DNA from: a virus
Lineage: Duplodnaviria > Caudoviricetes
IMG/VR virus record: IMGVR_UViG_3300048606_000186
Span: 1 to 64,000 of that record
Reading direction: 5' to 3' (one strand)
Length of the DNA stretch: 64,000 bases
The position numbers were made by a program, and so were the translations under genes. Position 1 is the stretch's first letter, and each line of letters opens with the position of its first letter. Shown here in pieces: positions 29,078 through 38,617 of the stretch. The notes beneath the pieces were generated by a model. The model had not been told where the DNA came from and ran no database searches. It saw only the letters and a list, made by a program, of their open reading frames with translations.

Positions 29078-29980
29078 ATGAGCTTCGCGGCACGCGAAGT
29101 CAGCGCGGACCTGGGGTCACCGATTCGGCTTTACCTGTTTCGCTACGGCGCGCCGGCCGGCGCGGTGATCGCTTATACCGATTTCGAACGCGCGATCGAC
29201 TTCGACAATGGCGAGCTCGACGAGGATGACGACCCGATCGGACCGGTCACTTATCAACCGATCGCGATCGAGCAGGACGAAATCAAGGCGGACGGGAAGC
29301 TGACCCGCAATTCGACCGAGATCCGCACCTCCGACGACACCGCGCTCGCCGACCTTTTCCGCCTTTATCCGCCCAGTCGCGTGGTCACGGTGGCGGTTTA
29401 TGCGGGGCACGACGGCGATCCCGACGAGCAATTCCTGCTGGACTATTCAGGCCGCGTGGTCGGCTTCAGCACCGACCTAGACGATGTCGCCCACTTCACC
29501 TGCGAGCCGATCTCGACCTCCATGGCGCGCGCGGGCCTTCGCCGCCGCTGGCAGTTCGGCTGTCCGCACGTCCTCTATTCGCAAGGGCCCCGCAAATGCA
29601 ACGCTAACAAAGCGGCGGCGACCGAAACCCATATCGTGCTTGGCGTCGATGGCGCTCTGATCGGACTTGCCGAGGACTGGAGCGATCGCCGCGAGAAGTT
29701 CGAAGGTGGCCTGGCCGAATGGACGCTCGATTCCGGAGTGAAAGAGGTGCGCACGATCATCCGCTGCGACGAGGATGGCACGGTCGTCCTGTCCGGCGCG
29801 GCGACCGGGCTCGACAGTGGCGATGGGGTCGATCTGGTGCTTGGCTGCAACCACAAATCCGGGGTCGGGCCGCAGCCGGATGGCGATTGCCTGGCGCTCC
29901 ACGACAATGTGCTGAATTTCGGCGGGCAGATGTTCATTCCGACCAAGAACCCGGTCGGGCTCGTAAACAATTATTGGTGA
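29078..29980 (+). CDS. Tail tip/hub protein (DUF2163 / BR0599 family)
   Basis: 'RRRWQFGCPHVLY...C', 'LVLGCNH...C...HDNVLNFGG..FIPTKNP'. Confidence 0.85.
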   Translation: MSFAAREVSADLGSPIRLYLFRYGAPAGAVIAYTDFERAIDFDNGELDEDDDPIGPVTYQPIAIEQDEIKADGKLTRNSTEIRTSDDTALADLFRLYPPSRVVTVAVYAGHDGDPDEQFLLDYSGRVVGFSTDLDDVAHFTCEPISTSMARAGLRRRWQFGCPHVLYSQGPRKCNANKAAATETHIVLGVDGALIGLAEDWSDRREKFEGGLAEWTLDSGVKEVRTIIRCDEDGTVVLSGAATGLDSGDGVDLVLGCNHKSGVGPQPDGDCLALHDNVLNFGGQMFIPTKNPVGLVNNYW

Positions 29981-29987
29981 GCCGGTC

Positions 29988-30218
29988 ATGATCAACTTCC
30001 TTATCCAGGCGGCCATCATGATCGCGATCATGGTGCTCTCGTATGTGCTCGCGCCCAAGCCCAAGAAGCCGAAGCCGGCCGAGCTCAAGGACCTGGAAAA
30101 CCCGACCGCAGAAGCCGGACGCCCGATCAAGAAGTTCTGGGGAACGCTGACGATCAACGACCCGAACATTCTGTGGTTCGGCGACAAATCGATGCGCGAT
30201 TACGAGGTGAATGCATGA
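29988..30218 (+). CDS. Small tail assembly protein
   Basis: 'LAPKPKKPKP...PTAEAGRPI..FWGT....PNILWFGD'; chi-like. Confidence 0.75.
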   Translation: MINFLIQAAIMIAIMVLSYVLAPKPKKPKPAELKDLENPTAEAGRPIKKFWGTLTINDPNILWFGDKSMRDYEVNA

Positions 30219-30460
30219 CCGACGACGAACGCCTCGCCGCCGCCGATCTGCCCGCAACGCTCGTCACGCTCGGCGACTGCCGCAAGGCGGGCTATTGCGC
30301 GGCGGGCGTGCAGCGCTGGTGGCCGCGCCAGGCGATGCCGGTCGGCTTCAACGCCTTCGTCCGCGACGGGCTGAGCGCCGACGTCTTCATGGCAGGCGGG
30401 GACGCGCTCGCCAGGCGCACCGTGATCCGCAAGCTCGAGCGCGAGGCCGACCATGGGTAA
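30215..30460 (+). CDS. Small tail assembly protein
   Basis: 'VTLGDCRKAGYCAAGVQRW' conserved in chi-like tails; coupled by overlaps. Confidence 0.7.
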   Translation: MTDDERLAAADLPATLVTLGDCRKAGYCAAGVQRWWPRQAMPVGFNAFVRDGLSADVFMAGGDALARRTVIRKLEREADHG

Positions 30461-32891
30461 AAGCGGCGGCGCAGCAAAGCAGCAGGTCACCGAGTTCCGG
30501 ATGTCGATTCACTACGGCATCTCGTGGGAGTTCGATGGCCTGACCAAGATCACGCTGGGCGACAAGGTGGCGTGGGAGGGCGACGTCACCACGCCGACGG
30601 CGATCTCGATCAACAAGCCCGATCTGTTCGGCGGCGTCAAGAAGGAAGGCGGCGCGGTCGGCGTCGCTTACTTCCTGCCCGGGAGAGCCGATCAGGTCAT
30701 GCCGGCGCTGCTGGCCGCGCGCCTCGGCCTGACGTCGGAAACCTGCCCCGCCTACCGCGGCATCGGCAGCGTCTTCTTCGTCGGCTCCCCCCAATCGAAC
30801 ACGCTGACCGGACTGCCCGGCGCGCTCGCCGGTGAAATCCTGACGACCAGTGGCAACCTTCAGGGCGGCTTTTACTGGACGGCCAACTCCCCGTTCCTTC
30901 AGCCAGCATCGTTCACCGGCTATTGCGCCCCGATCGGCCTTGATCCCGACTATGCGATGATCGGTCCGGACGCCAACCCCGCCGGCGTCATCTACGAATG
31001 CCTGACCGACAGGGACTTCGGCATGGGTGCCCCCGCCTGGCAGTTCAATACGCCGATGTGGGAGGCGATCGCCGCGCAGCTCTTCAACGAGGGATTCGGT
31101 CTCAGCCTTGGCTGGAACGCGCAGATGGAGATCGAGGCGTTCGTCTCTGAAATACTCGACCATATTCAGGCGACTTTTTACGTCAATCCGAACACCGGCC
31201 TGATGGAGTTGAAGCTGTGGCGCGACGATTACGACATCGGCGATCTGCGCACGATCCATGCCGGCAATTCGAAGCTCTACAGCTTCCAGCGCAAGCTCTG
31301 GGGGCAGGTGGCCAACGAAATCGTCGTCAGCTGGACCAATCCGGTCAACGAGCAGGAGGAAACGGTCAGCGCCCAGATGCTCGGCGCGATCGCCGCGCAG
31401 GGCGACGTCGCCAGCGACAGCCGCAACTATTACGGCATCCGCAACGCGCTGCTCGCAATGGACGTCGCCGAGCGGGACGTCCGCTCCAGTTCGGCGCCGC
31501 TCGCGGCCGGCGAATCCCATCTCGACCGCAGCTTCTGGAACGTGCTGCCGGGCGAACTGCTGATCGCCAACTATCCCGAGAAGGGGGTGAACAATATCGT
31601 CGTGCGCGTGCTGACCGCCGAGCGCGGCCGCAAGGGCGATCCCGCGATCAAGGTCAGCTGGATGGAAGACGTCTTCTCGCTGACCCGCAAGAGCGCCACG
31701 ATACCGCCCGGCACCGGCTGGGACGGCGCCGCCGAGGAGCCGGCGCCGATGGACGCCGCCGCCGTCTTCACGTTGCCGGCGTTCATCGCGCTGCAGCAGA
31801 TCGGACCGCGCGCCGCCGATCTCGCCTATCCCGAGGTCGTCGCCGGACTGCTTTGCCACCGCGACGGTCAGGACACGATCGCCTACAATCTCTACGCCGA
31901 GCAGGCGGCCGCCAACGGCGAGATGTGGTGGACCGATCTCGGCGTCAAATCGGTGCTTGGTCGAGCCTTCTTCGCCACGCCGCTCTATCAGGAAGCGGTC
32001 AGCGAGGTCGCCGGCCTGCCATTGATCGAACGCAACCGGGGGCCCCGCGTCGGCGGCTTCGCGTTCATCGGCGACGGATCCGACACAGGCACCGAGATCG
32101 CGCTGATCGATTCACTCGACGACGATACCGGCGTCTGGACGCTGAAGCGCGGCGTCCTCGATACGGTGCCGCGCCCCTGGCCGATCGACACGCCGGTGTG
32201 GTTCGTACCGCCCGAGGCGGTGATCGCGGACACTGTCGACATCCGCGCCGCAGGCGAAGAACCTGAATATAAGATGCTCACCCGAACCAGCCTCGGGCAG
32301 CTACCGATCGACGAGGCCCCGCTGATCAGCGGAACGATGAGCGCGCGACCCCATTTGCCGTTGCGGCCGGCCAATATCACGATCAACGGCATCGGCTTCG
32401 GCGAGATCGACGCGACCGGCGCGACCGACATCGAGGTGACCTGGGCGAATCGTAACCGTCTGTTCGAGGACGGCCAGGCGGTCGCGTGGGATGAAGCCGA
32501 CGTCGCCGGCGAATATCTTCAGGAGACGCTGATCAGCGTCTACCGGGAGGACGGCAGCCCGTTCTTCCAGGTCCGCGGCCTGTGGACCGAAACCGATTAC
32601 ACCATCCCGCTCGCCTGGGTCGAGGAGGAAACCCGCATCTTCATCCGTGTGTCGTCGGAGCGGCAGGGGCTCGGCTCGCTCCAGTCCTATGGGCTGTGGG
32701 TGGACGATCTGCCCGCAGTGGCGCTGCCATCGCCGCCGCCCGACAGCCCGGTCATCGTCGGCGATGCGCCCGATGCGCCGGACCCCGACCCCGATCCAAC
32801 GCCGCCGCCGCTCGGTGATCCGGATCCGGCGCCACCTCCTGTGCCCGGGGGCGGAGGTGGCGGTTACGAGTGGCAGGTGGCGTCGAGCTGA
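30453..32891 (+). CDS. Central tail tip / host specificity protein (gpJ-like)
   Basis: 'ANPAGVIYECLTD..FGMG', 'NEIVVSWTNP', 'PHLPLRPANI'. Confidence 0.85.
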   Translation: MGKSGGAAKQQVTEFRMSIHYGISWEFDGLTKITLGDKVAWEGDVTTPTAISINKPDLFGGVKKEGGAVGVAYFLPGRADQVMPALLAARLGLTSETCPAYRGIGSVFFVGSPQSNTLTGLPGALAGEILTTSGNLQGGFYWTANSPFLQPASFTGYCAPIGLDPDYAMIGPDANPAGVIYECLTDRDFGMGAPAWQFNTPMWEAIAAQLFNEGFGLSLGWNAQMEIEAFVSEILDHIQATFYVNPNTGLMELKLWRDDYDIGDLRTIHAGNSKLYSFQRKLWGQVANEIVVSWTNPVNEQEETVSAQMLGAIAAQGDVASDSRNYYGIRNALLAMDVAERDVRSSSAPLAAGESHLDRSFWNVLPGELLIANYPEKGVNNIVVRVLTAERGRKGDPAIKVSWMEDVFSLTRKSATIPPGTGWDGAAEEPAPMDAAAVFTLPAFIALQQIGPRAADLAYPEVVAGLLCHRDGQDTIAYNLYAEQAAANGEMWWTDLGVKSVLGRAFFATPLYQEAVSEVAGLPLIERNRGPRVGGFAFIGDGSDTGTEIALIDSLDDDTGVWTLKRGVLDTVPRPWPIDTPVWFVPPEAVIADTVDIRAAGEEPEYKMLTRTSLGQLPIDEAPLISGTMSARPHLPLRPANITINGIGFGEIDATGATDIEVTWANRNRLFEDGQAVAWDEADVAGEYLQETLISVYREDGSPFFQVRGLWTETDYTIPLAWVEEETRIFIRVSSERQGLGSLQSYGLWVDDLPAVALPSPPPDSPVIVGDAPDAPDPDPDPTPPPLGDPDPAPPPVPGGGGGGYEWQVASS

Positions 32892-32968
32892 CGGATGCCG
32901 GCTTATTGACGACCCCGTGATCGCTGCCGAGGCCAAGCGGTTCAGATCAACAATGAACCGAATGCCGA

Positions 32969-33001
32969 TTGACTTTACCGCTCTTTCATGTTTTACTGGA
33001 A
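32969..33001 (+). promoter_or_regulatory. Promoter/operator upstream of the lysis cassette
   Basis: TTGACT, 17 nt, TTTACT; operator TTCATGT-TTT-ACTGGAA (32985-33001). Confidence 0.6.
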
Positions 33002-33020
33002 ATCCAAGCGCGAGGCATGA

Positions 33021-33269
33021 ATGACTCTTTCCCTGATCTCCGATTGGAAAAACAGGCTGCTTCGGCTGTGGAGCGTCCGCCTGCTCGCCCTCTCGACGGC
33101 ATGGACCGCGTTCCTCTGGTCGTCCCCAGACACCGTGATCGCGGTGCTGACCCAGGTTCCGGTCTGGCTTCGTGTCGCGCTGATCCTTTGCTTCTTCGCG
33201 GTGCGTCTCGCCGCCCGCCTGGTGCGCCAGCGAATTCCGGAGGCGGCCGATGGCGCGGAAACCGCTTAA
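33021..33269 (+). CDS. Holin/antiholin-like membrane protein
   Basis: Two hydrophobic segments, 'LISDWK...WSVRL'; directly upstream of the endolysin. Confidence 0.6.
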   Translation: MTLSLISDWKNRLLRLWSVRLLALSTAWTAFLWSSPDTVIAVLTQVPVWLRVALILCFFAVRLAARLVRQRIPEAADGAETA

Positions 33270-33834
33270 TCCGCAGACCAGTCGGCGCCCCGGCCGCAAA
33301 TCGCTCGCCTCGATCGGCGTCGGCCTCGTCGCCGCCGCCTTGCTCTACGTCACCGTTCCCGCCGAGGAAAGCGGGCGCACGGTCGAAGCGACGATCGATC
33401 GGGGGCGGGTTGTCGCGGTTCACAAGTCGGGCCCCCAGCACCTTAAGGCCTATCGCGACATCGTCCGCGTCTGGACCATCTGCGACGGCGACACCCTCGA
33501 CGTCGCGCCCGGCATGGTCGAAACACCGGAAGGCTGTCGCGAACGGCTCGAGGATCAACTGGTCGCCCACGCCGAACCGGTGCTGGCCTGCGTGCCAGCG
33601 TTGCGGGCGCCCGAGCGCCAGCACCAGCTCGCCGCCTCGGTCAGCCTCGCCTACAATATCGGACCCGCGGGTTTCTGCCGCTCCACCGCCGCCCGGTTGT
33701 TCAACGCCGGCCGCTGGCGCGACGGCTGCGAGGCATTCCTTCGCTTCAACAGGGCGGGCGGCCGCGTGATTCGGGGGCTGACTCTGCGCCGTCAGCGCGA
33801 ACGCTCCATTTGCCTGAGAGGACTCCCGGCATGA
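33250..33834 (+). CDS. Endolysin, GH24 lysozyme with SAR-like N-terminus
   Basis: Hydrophobic N-terminus, E...YRDIVRVWTICDGDT, 'SLAYNIGPAGFCRST', 'GLTLRRQRE'. Confidence 0.92.
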   Translation: MARKPLNPQTSRRPGRKSLASIGVGLVAAALLYVTVPAEESGRTVEATIDRGRVVAVHKSGPQHLKAYRDIVRVWTICDGDTLDVAPGMVETPEGCRERLEDQLVAHAEPVLACVPALRAPERQHQLAASVSLAYNIGPAGFCRSTAARLFNAGRWRDGCEAFLRFNRAGGRVIRGLTLRRQRERSICLRGLPA

Positions 33835-34301
33835 ACCCACTCGCCTATATCCGCAGCGCGGTCGGAATCGCCACCATGCTCGCCATCGTATCGGTTTCCA
33901 TGTGGGCCTGGCGCGTCAACAGCCTGCGCGCCAACTGGAAAAACCAGACCGAGACGATCACGCTGGCGATCGGCAAGGCGGCCGGCACCGAGATCCGGCC
34001 GCGCGATGCGGTCGTCACGGTCCAGCGCATCGCCACCGCCCGCGACGATGCCCGCGCCGACCTCGGCCAGTGCCGAACCAACCGGCAGCACCTCGAGGGC
34101 GCGTTAACCAACCAGAATGCAGCGATCGCGGCGTTGCGCGCGGATGGCGAACGCCGCGCCGCCGAGCTGGAGCGAGTCGCCATTGCCGCCCGGGCGAGTG
34201 GCGCCCGCGCCCAGTCCGACGCCGCGGCGATTATGGCGCGGCGCCCAGGCGCAGACGCCTGCACCTCGGCCGATACTCTGATCCTGGAGACCGTGCGATG
34301 A
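33831..34301 (+). CDS. Inner-membrane spanin (Rz-like)
   Basis: N-terminal TM plus coiled coil, after the endolysin. Confidence 0.7.
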   Translation: MNPLAYIRSAVGIATMLAIVSVSMWAWRVNSLRANWKNQTETITLAIGKAAGTEIRPRDAVVTVQRIATARDDARADLGQCRTNRQHLEGALTNQNAAIAALRADGERRAAELERVAIAARASGARAQSDAAAIMARRPGADACTSADTLILETVR

Positions 34302-34624
34302 AAAGTGGAACTTGGCTGCACCGCGGATACGGCGGTTCGGCGTTCATCGCTGGCGGCGTATTGCTGCTGGTCACCGGCTGCGCCGCCGCGCCGGAGCGGC
34401 CCCGCCCCGAACCCGAGATTCGCACCGTCGAGGTGCAGATTCCGGTCGTCGTCGCCTGCCCGGCGCTGGCGCGGCTGGGCCCGGAGCCCGCTTATCCCGA
34501 CACCGCCGAGGCGCTGCGCGCGGCGCCCAACATCTATGTGCGCACCCAATTGCTGCTGGCAGGCCGCGGCCTGCGCATCGCGCGCCAGGCGGCGGTTGAA
34601 GCAGCCCTGGCGGCCTGCGCCTGA
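34298..34624 (+). CDS. Outer-membrane spanin lipoprotein (Rz1-like)
   Basis: Lipobox LVTGC, Pro-rich, 'VEVQIPVVVAC'. Confidence 0.7.
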   Translation: MKSGTWLHRGYGGSAFIAGGVLLLVTGCAAAPERPRPEPEIRTVEVQIPVVVACPALARLGPEPAYPDTAEALRAAPNIYVRTQLLLAGRGLRIARQAAVEAALAACA

Positions 34625-34980
34625 TGGCAAGCGAACCGACGACCGCCCGCGGCGCGACCGCGATCGCCTACCGGGCGATGAACCGCGCCGACGCGGCCTT
34701 CGCCGAGATCGAGAGCCACGAAAAATTGTGCGCGGAGCGCTACCGCGTCATCGAAGAAAAGCTTGGCATGATCACGCGCCTCCTTGCCTGGGCGGGATCG
34801 TTCCTGTTCCTGTTGATCGTCGGCATGCTCGGCTGGTCGCTCAAGATTCAGATCGAAGCGGCGAGTACCGAACGCCGCGCGCTTGAGAACCGCATCGAAT
34901 TGATTCGCCAAGGCATAGTGCCGATTCAGCAATCCATCGAACGATCAGCTGCGCCGGCGCCCCAGACGGAAAGCCGCTGA
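34624..34980 (+). CDS. Single-TM membrane protein of the lysis region
   Basis: 'ESHEKLCAERY' coiled coil followed by a TM helix. Confidence 0.55.
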   Translation: MASEPTTARGATAIAYRAMNRADAAFAEIESHEKLCAERYRVIEEKLGMITRLLAWAGSFLFLLIVGMLGWSLKIQIEAASTERRALENRIELIRQGIVPIQQSIERSAAPAPQTESR

Positions 34981-34984
34981 GCGC

Positions 34985-36652
34985 GTGGCAGGTTGCCCCA
35001 AGGTCAGCGACCAGGAGATCGCGCGCGCCTATAACGATGTCGCGCGGCTGCCGCGCATCGCTGACGTCGCCGCCGAGGTCAAGCTTCAGATTCGCCACCT
35101 TCAGAGTCGCTTGCAGAAAATTCGCCAAGTCGCGCCGGCGGGGACGCTGATCGATCGCCAGGCCGCTTATTATGGCAACCACCGCAAACTCGTCGCCCCG
35201 GGCACCGAGTCCGATCCACGCGTCGGCGGCCGTTATCTGGTCCCGCTGCAACCGAAGCGCTGGCTTCTGACCTCGGCGCAGGACGAAACCGCCGTCCATG
35301 CGCCCTTCTGGACGAACCTGCTGGCCTATGGCGATGCGATCGGCGCCGAGGTACTGGTCGGAGGCTTCACCTACAACAAGAGCCTGTTCGAGGACCATGC
35401 CTCGCGCACCGCAGTTTTCCCCGAGGCGGTGCGGCCCTATCTGATCCACGACGACCGCATGCTCGGCGGCGAGGCCGGGCTGATGTTCGCCGCCAAGATG
35501 AACATCCTGCCGACGGCGGTGCGCCCGCTCTCCGGCCTCGACAATTACAGCCGCGGCCGCTGGGCGGTCTTCCCGCATGCCAAGGTTCAGCTCATCTCGG
35601 TGCCGGCGCTGCCCGGCCGGCACCCGGCGATGGTGATGACCTCGGGCACCTGCACGGTTGAGAATTACATCGAGAAGAAGGCCGGACTCAAAGCGGCCTT
35701 CCACCATATCATCGGCGCGACGATCGTTGAACAGGACAGCGAAGGGCGGCTGTTCTGTCGCCAGATCAGCGCCTCGGACGACGGCAGTTTCCAGGATCTC
35801 GACGCGCGCGTCGATGCCGGCCGGGTCAGCTTCGGCCACCGGGTCGAGGAGATCAGCTGGGGCGACGTTCACATGGAGCAGATCGACCCGCAGGTCGCGA
35901 TGACCTGCTGGGGCTACGATGTCGAGCGCGATCGCGTGACCAGCGAATCATCGATGATCCACGCGCTTCGGCCGCGCCACCAGGCCTTCCACGATCTGCT
36001 CGATTTCCAGGCGCGCAACCATCACCGCCGCGGCGACCATAGCCATGCGTTCAAGATGACCGTGGGTGGCTCAGAGCGGGTCGACGACGGCATCGCCAAA
36101 TGCGCGCGTTTCCTCGCCGCGACCGCGTTCGATTGGACGACCAGTGCGGTCGTAGCTTCGAACCACAGCGACGCGCTGCAGCGCTGGCTGCGCGAGACCG
36201 ATCCGCGCTCGGATCCGGTCAACCTTCCGGCATGGTGCGAGCTCAACCTCGAAATCTATCGGCGGATCGAGGCCGGCGACGCGCATTTCGACATCTTCCC
36301 CTGGGCGCTGCGCCGGCACGATCCGCTCGGCGACATCGTCTTCGTGCCGCGCAACGGCTCCTATCTGGTCTGCCAGCAGCACGGCGGCATCGAATGCGGC
36401 CTGCACGGGGATGAGGGGCCCAACGGTGCCCGCGGCAGCGCGATGAACCTGAACCGGGTCGCCGTCCGGATCAACATCGGCCACAGCCATAGCGCGATGA
36501 TCGTCGACGGGGTCTACCAGGCTGGGCTCTGCGGGACCATGGACCAGGGGTACAATAGCGGGCCCAGCAGTTGGAGTCACTCGCAGATCGTCACATATCC
36601 CTCGAGCAAGCGGACCTTGATAACGATCATTGATGGGAAGTGGCGCGCGTGA
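34985..36652 (+). CDS. T5 A1-like calcineurin-type metallophosphoesterase/nuclease with N-terminal HTH
   Basis: 'LTSAQD', WGDVH, HDLLD, SNH, HGD, IGHSHS metal motifs; 555 aa. Confidence 0.65.
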   Translation: MAGCPKVSDQEIARAYNDVARLPRIADVAAEVKLQIRHLQSRLQKIRQVAPAGTLIDRQAAYYGNHRKLVAPGTESDPRVGGRYLVPLQPKRWLLTSAQDETAVHAPFWTNLLAYGDAIGAEVLVGGFTYNKSLFEDHASRTAVFPEAVRPYLIHDDRMLGGEAGLMFAAKMNILPTAVRPLSGLDNYSRGRWAVFPHAKVQLISVPALPGRHPAMVMTSGTCTVENYIEKKAGLKAAFHHIIGATIVEQDSEGRLFCRQISASDDGSFQDLDARVDAGRVSFGHRVEEISWGDVHMEQIDPQVAMTCWGYDVERDRVTSESSMIHALRPRHQAFHDLLDFQARNHHRRGDHSHAFKMTVGGSERVDDGIAKCARFLAATAFDWTTSAVVASNHSDALQRWLRETDPRSDPVNLPAWCELNLEIYRRIEAGDAHFDIFPWALRRHDPLGDIVFVPRNGSYLVCQQHGGIECGLHGDEGPNGARGSAMNLNRVAVRINIGHSHSAMIVDGVYQAGLCGTMDQGYNSGPSSWSHSQIVTYPSSKRTLITIIDGKWRA

Positions 36653-36655
36653 TCC

Positions 36656-36873
36656 TTAGCGGTCTGCCGGGTTCTCGAACATAGAGCGGTAGCGGTCGGC
36701 CAGGCCCGCCATTTCATCGACATCGATGAGCAGGCTCCAGGATTTGAAGGGTTCCGTGCGACCGCGATAGATGGTGACGATCGGCGTGCATATTCCAGCC
36801 CGTGTTGCGCGCACTTCGAGATCGCCGTGAGTCTCTTGAAGTTGTTGCAGGCAATCAATTCACTGATGACCAT
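36656..36873 (-). pseudogene. Small phage ORF with apparent 1-nt frameshift
   Basis: RBS GGAGGGG plus MVISELIA in one frame continues as LQQLQETHGDLEV...DR* in another; span 218 nt. Confidence 0.4.
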
Positions 36874-36885
36874 ATACCCCTCCCG

Positions 36886-37260
36886 TCACGCAGCCACCAC
36901 CGGCCGGCCGTCCCGTGTCGCGATCCGCAGCATGGGTGAAGCCGCCGCGGCAGCCGCGCCTATCATTGCGCGCGAGTCGGCGAACACCACGTCGGCCGCC
37001 ATCGCGGTCAGCGCCAAGCGCGAGAAGAAACCGGTCTCCATCGGCCCATGTTCCGGAGCGGCACGGCTGATCGCTTCGGCGACATGACCGAGCGCCATGG
37101 GGGCTTGATTGTCGCGCATATACTGGACTAGCTCGTCGGCGCGCGCACGGCCAAGGGCGGCGGGATCCGAAGTTCCGGCCTCGGCCGGCGACCAAAGATT
37201 GGTCCGTTGGTCTTCGGATCGGGCGAATGTGAGGCTTGTAACTGGTGGCTGATGGCTCAT
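36886..37260 (-). CDS. Hypothetical protein (sphingomonad-type)
   Basis: 'GRARADELVQYM...LGHV...ETGFF'; divergent from the XRE gene. Confidence 0.55.
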   Translation of the reverse strand: MSHQPPVTSLTFARSEDQRTNLWSPAEAGTSDPAALGRARADELVQYMRDNQAPMALGHVAEAISRAAPEHGPMETGFFSRLALTAMAADVVFADSRAMIGAAAAAASPMLRIATRDGRPVVAA

Positions 37261-37517
37261 TGGACTGGGCTTTCATCTGCGGTTGAACGACATCCTTCAT
37301 TGAAGGCGGCTCGGCTACCACCGGGCCGCTTTCCGCGTCTAGGTCAGTGCTTTAGCCCATCTTTCCCCTCCCCCTTGTCTCGCCCCCGCGCGACTTGCTA
37401 CAAGCGAATCTCCCGATGGGGAGATCGAACATGAACGTGGTAACTGCAAAATTGCAGGATGGCCAGACCGAAAATGCAGGATGCGCCGGACCGCTTCGTC
37501 TCCTAAGCGTGGAGGGG

Positions 37518-37958
37518 ATGAAGGGGGAGCAGCTCGTAATCGTGCGATGGATGCAGGCCCAGCTTCAGCGGCTGGGCTGGACGGCGCAGTTGTGGGCGAC
37601 CAGGGCGCGCGTCTCGCCGACGACGCTGACCCGATCGATGCAGCCGGCCTATGACAATGTGACGTCGATCCCGACGCTCGATGCGCTGGCGCGCGCGGCC
37701 GGCCTGCCGTCGGTCCTCGACTTCCTCGAGGAGCAGACCGAGCGGCGCAACGCAGCGCCGACACCGGCGGCGACGCGCGCGATCCTGGCCCAGGTGTTGC
37801 CGATGGCCGGATGCAAGGCGATGTCGGATGCGGATCTCGACAAGGCCGCCGAAGCGATCGCGTTCGGCTTCGCGCTGCTGGCACGCGATCCGGCGCGGGC
37901 AGGCGACCCGGGCGCGATCGCCGTAGCTGCGGATGCGGCTGCATCGCGCTTTCAATGA
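37518..37958 (+). CDS. XRE-family HTH regulator (repressor candidate)
   Basis: 'WATRARVSPTTLTR...TLDALARAAG'; RBS GGAGGGG before ATG 37518. Confidence 0.7.
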   Translation: MKGEQLVIVRWMQAQLQRLGWTAQLWATRARVSPTTLTRSMQPAYDNVTSIPTLDALARAAGLPSVLDFLEEQTERRNAAPTPAATRAILAQVLPMAGCKAMSDADLDKAAEAIAFGFALLARDPARAGDPGAIAVAADAAASRFQ

Positions 37959-38131
37959 TTTCAGCCATGTCGGGGCGTGCTCCGGATTGAGGGCAACCAC
38001 TCCGAATGCGGTGAAAATACTGTATGAGGCGTGAACACGAATGAAACCTTCCCAGGTGCGCGTCGGTCTAGGCGCGGCAATATTCCTTGTAAAGCGAAAC
38101 TCTTAGTCACTGTATCATCGATTATGACCTG

Positions 38132-38617
38132 TCAGGCCGCGACCCTTGGAGTCTGCTGTTCGCGATCTGTTCCGCTGTTCAATCCAACATTGCAAGTCTC
38201 GCCGAACGCGGCGGCCAAGCGGGTGACGCCGACCTCGGTCAGATAATAGCCGGCGCCGTGCTTGTTCCCGATCGCATCGCGGCCGATTCGCTTGCGTAGC
38301 TGGCAGATTCTCACGTTGACGATTTGCGGACTGCGATCTCTGGCGTGGTCCTGCCGCGGCATTGCGTTTTCGATTTCGCTAAGGCTGAATACGCGCCCGG
38401 GGCGTTGGTAGAGCATGACGGCAATGGTCGCGATGCTCGGCGGAACTTGAAGCGCCAGAGCCAGCGCCTTAACCCGGTCGATATCGGCACGCATTTCCGC
38501 CTCATCGCGCCAATAATCGCGCTCCTGGGTCATGTTACCGAGCCGGCTGCGCAGCAAGGTGATCTCCCTGACGAGCGCGGACCGATCGTCCGGCGTCAAG
38601 GCAAAGCCACCGCTCAT
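38132..38617 (-). CDS. OmpR/CtrA-type winged-helix protein without receiver domain
   Basis: 'LYQRPGRVFS...IVNVRICQLRKRIG..AIGNKHGAGYYL'. Confidence 0.75.
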   Translation of the reverse strand: MSGGFALTPDDRSALVREITLLRSRLGNMTQERDYWRDEAEMRADIDRVKALALALQVPPSIATIAVMLYQRPGRVFSLSEIENAMPRQDHARDRSPQIVNVRICQLRKRIGRDAIGNKHGAGYYLTEVGVTRLAAAFGETCNVGLNSGTDREQQTPRVAA

